Positions 61,886 through 64,000 of a stretch of DNA of 64,000 nt are shown here, in pieces. The notes below the pieces were generated by a model. It was given only the letters and a program-made list of their open reading frames with translations. It did no database searches and had not been told where the DNA came from. Made by a program: the position numbers and the translations under genes. Source of the stretch: Octopus vulgaris (lineage: Eukaryota); contig OX597838.1 of the NCBI GenBank assembly GCA_951406725.2, positions 7,502,001 through 7,566,000 on the forward strand, read 5' to 3'. Numbering within the stretch: the first letter of the stretch is position 1; each line of letters starts with the position of its first letter.

Positions 61886-62505
61886 ATATCTATACACAAT
61901 CACATACGCATACTATAATATAACCTATCTGTACCTCTGTGTGTATGTGAATGTGCGTGCAACTATAAATATGATATCGTTTATAGAGATATGAATTGTA
62001 TTATAATGAACAGTAGTAAGATTATATACCTGCAGGGATATGCATGTTCATTAAACTCTTTAAAAGAGACAGGACAATTGGCATTTGCAATAAATCCGCA
62101 ATCGAATGTCGCAGCCACTCCTGCAAAACAAAATGTTTCTGTCAAGTATTTGAAGTGGTTTTTCGTAATGGATTGAATAATTGCTACAAAATATACCACA
62201 AACCATGTAAATATTTTCCGTGTCTGAAACGAAACTGAGGAAAGCTAGATTATTGTTTTCATACTGCCGAAATAATAACACTGTGCTAGAAGACTTTTAT
62301 TTTTATTTTCATTTTCCCTTTGGTCAGTGTTATTTCATATTCACTTCTATGTAGATATGAACGGACTACTATTCCCTTTAAACTTTGCTTTTGTTACATG
62401 TTTATCAATATTTTGAAACTAACCTATTTTCTATTTCATTTCAGACAGATTCAGCGCTGCGCCTGCTGAAGCTGGCATATTGTTATAGCAAATATTCTGC
62501 TCAAT

Positions 62506-62891
62506 CGTGGAGGCGCAATGGCCCAGTGGTTAGGGCAGCGGACTCGCGGTCGGAGGATCGCGGTTTCGATTCCCAGAGCGGGCGTTGTGAGTGTTTATTG
62601 AGCGAAAACACCTAAAGCCCCACGAGGCTCCGGCAGGGACGGTGGTGATCCCTGCTGTACTCTTTCACCACAACTTTCTCTCACTCTTACTTCCTGTTTC
62701 TGTTGTACATGTATTTCAAAGGACCGGCCTTGTCACTCTCTGTGTCACGCTGAATATCCCCGAGAACTACGTTAAGGGCACACGTGTATGTGGAGTGCTC
62801 AGCCACTTACATGTTAATTTCACGAGCAGGCTGTTCCGTTGATCGGATCAACCGGAACCCTCGTCGTCTTAACCGACGGAGTGCTTCCATC
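62506..62891 (+). mobile_element. SINE family C, full copy with 12-bp TSD
   Basis: TSD ATTCTGCTCAAT at 62494-62505 and 62892-62903; A and B boxes; highly similar to 29846-30229. Confidence 0.92.
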
Positions 62892-63389
62892 ATTCTGCTC
62901 AATATCAAAGATTTGCTTGTCAGTTGCTTGACCTTAACAACTTGACTATGTCCCTTGGTGACTGACAATATGTGCGACTCTTATCATGAGCAAGAGTAGT
63001 GGGGAACCATCATAATCATTTGTTTAGAGCGATTCTTTGGGATTTGAATAGATATAATAAATGCAAAGTTTGAAGGAAATATTAACCGATTTTCGTATTT
63101 TCTACGAATAACCAAACACGAAATAACAATTGCTACCCAAGTTCAGCAATCGTGTTGCACAGTGAAATGTGTCTGACGCTGGGATTTTATCTGTAAGCCT
63201 TTATAAATATAGTTTAATCCTCACTAATTGACAAAGTTTTAGAATTATATCAACTCCGTTATAGAACGCCAAAAACATTGTACATGTACACATGGAATAT
63301 TTTGATAGCGTTTTCACACATATTCAAGGAAACCAATTTTAAGGAGGGCAATGTGTTGTGTTTCATTTAACAACCCTTTTTATTATGGG

Positions 63390-63560
63390 GACAAAACCTG
63401 AAATATCTAAGTAGTTGGTTAATCGATAACGTCGCCTTCAAGTGCTCAACTGGTATTTATTTTACGGTTGCCGTAAGGATGAAAGACAATTTCGACTTCG
63501 GCGGGCCTTGAACTCGAAACGTAAAGACGGACAAAATGCTTAGCAGCATTTCGTCCGGGA
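63390..63560 (-). mobile_element. SINE family B, diverged
   Basis: AACTGGTA...AAGGATGAAAGAC...TCGAC.TCGGCGG...TTGAACTC. Confidence 0.6.
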
Positions 63561-63944
63561 TACTTCTTACTTGCCAATTTAAAATGTTTCTCTCTTCTAA
63601 AGTCACAAAACCTGAAATTTTGTGCAATCAAATGTTTTATAGACAACGAAAGGATGAAACATAAGAGTAACTTCGTTTCAATTTGAAATTAGAACCTAAA
63701 AGTGATGCTAACGATTGTGTCAGTTATCCACCGTATGTTTCGTTAAATAAAGTACGGGAAACTTTCAAACTTTGGAATACATTGGTATATAAGATAATGA
63801 TGGACGGATTTTAAAATAATATCATATAATTTAGTGTCAATGTGTCCTGAATAACAACTATCGTTTACAGTATTTAGTGACACAATTCAGCATGTTTGCA
63901 ATGAACATATGAAATGATTTATAATAATATGTTCTCTTCTACAG

Positions 63945-64000
63945 AGTAAGACTTTGCCTTTCATCCTTTCGGGGTGGATTAAATAAGTATCAGTTACGCA
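63945..64000 (+). mobile_element. SINE family B fragment running off the window end
   Basis: GACTTTGCCTTTCATCCTTTCGGGG...AAATAAGTA.CAGTTACGCA. Confidence 0.7.

Noticed and set aside
62508-62580. tRNA-like sequences here and at ~25258, ~54090, ~54216, ~30160 and ~59965
   Set aside because: They have A/B boxes but no complete cloverleaf, and most run into SINE bodies, so they are SINE heads rather than tRNA genes.

Overview
AT-rich, microsatellite-dense animal DNA. The SINE families and repeat landscape point to a coleoid cephalopod, most likely Octopus (inference). I find no supportable host protein-coding exon, rRNA, true tRNA or CRISPR array, and almost all listed ORFs are translations of (TA)n, (CA)n, (GATA)n or trinucleotide tracts. 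The window is essentially a transposon landscape. (1) One apparently intact ~5 kb CR1/L2-group LINE on the minus strand (about 10581-15610). Its ORF1 is unusual (Myb/SANT trihelix-like domain plus CCCH finger), its APE-RT ORF2 is uninterrupted, and it has a ~1 kb modular 5' repeat array. (2) Truncated LINEs of the same family and of the R4/Dong, Tx1/L1, RTE and Zenon-like types, several sitting in type-specific microsatellites. (3) Three or four tRNA-derived SINE families, two of which share 3' ends with LINEs in this window. (4) Four decayed Tc1/mariner elements. (5) Several ~170-200 bp non-coding units embedded in (TA)n that carry minimal hammerhead-ribozyme-like cores of the Penelope type. 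(6) A cluster of fold-back palindromes at 55-61.3 kb. All alignments were done by eye, so boundaries are approximate.
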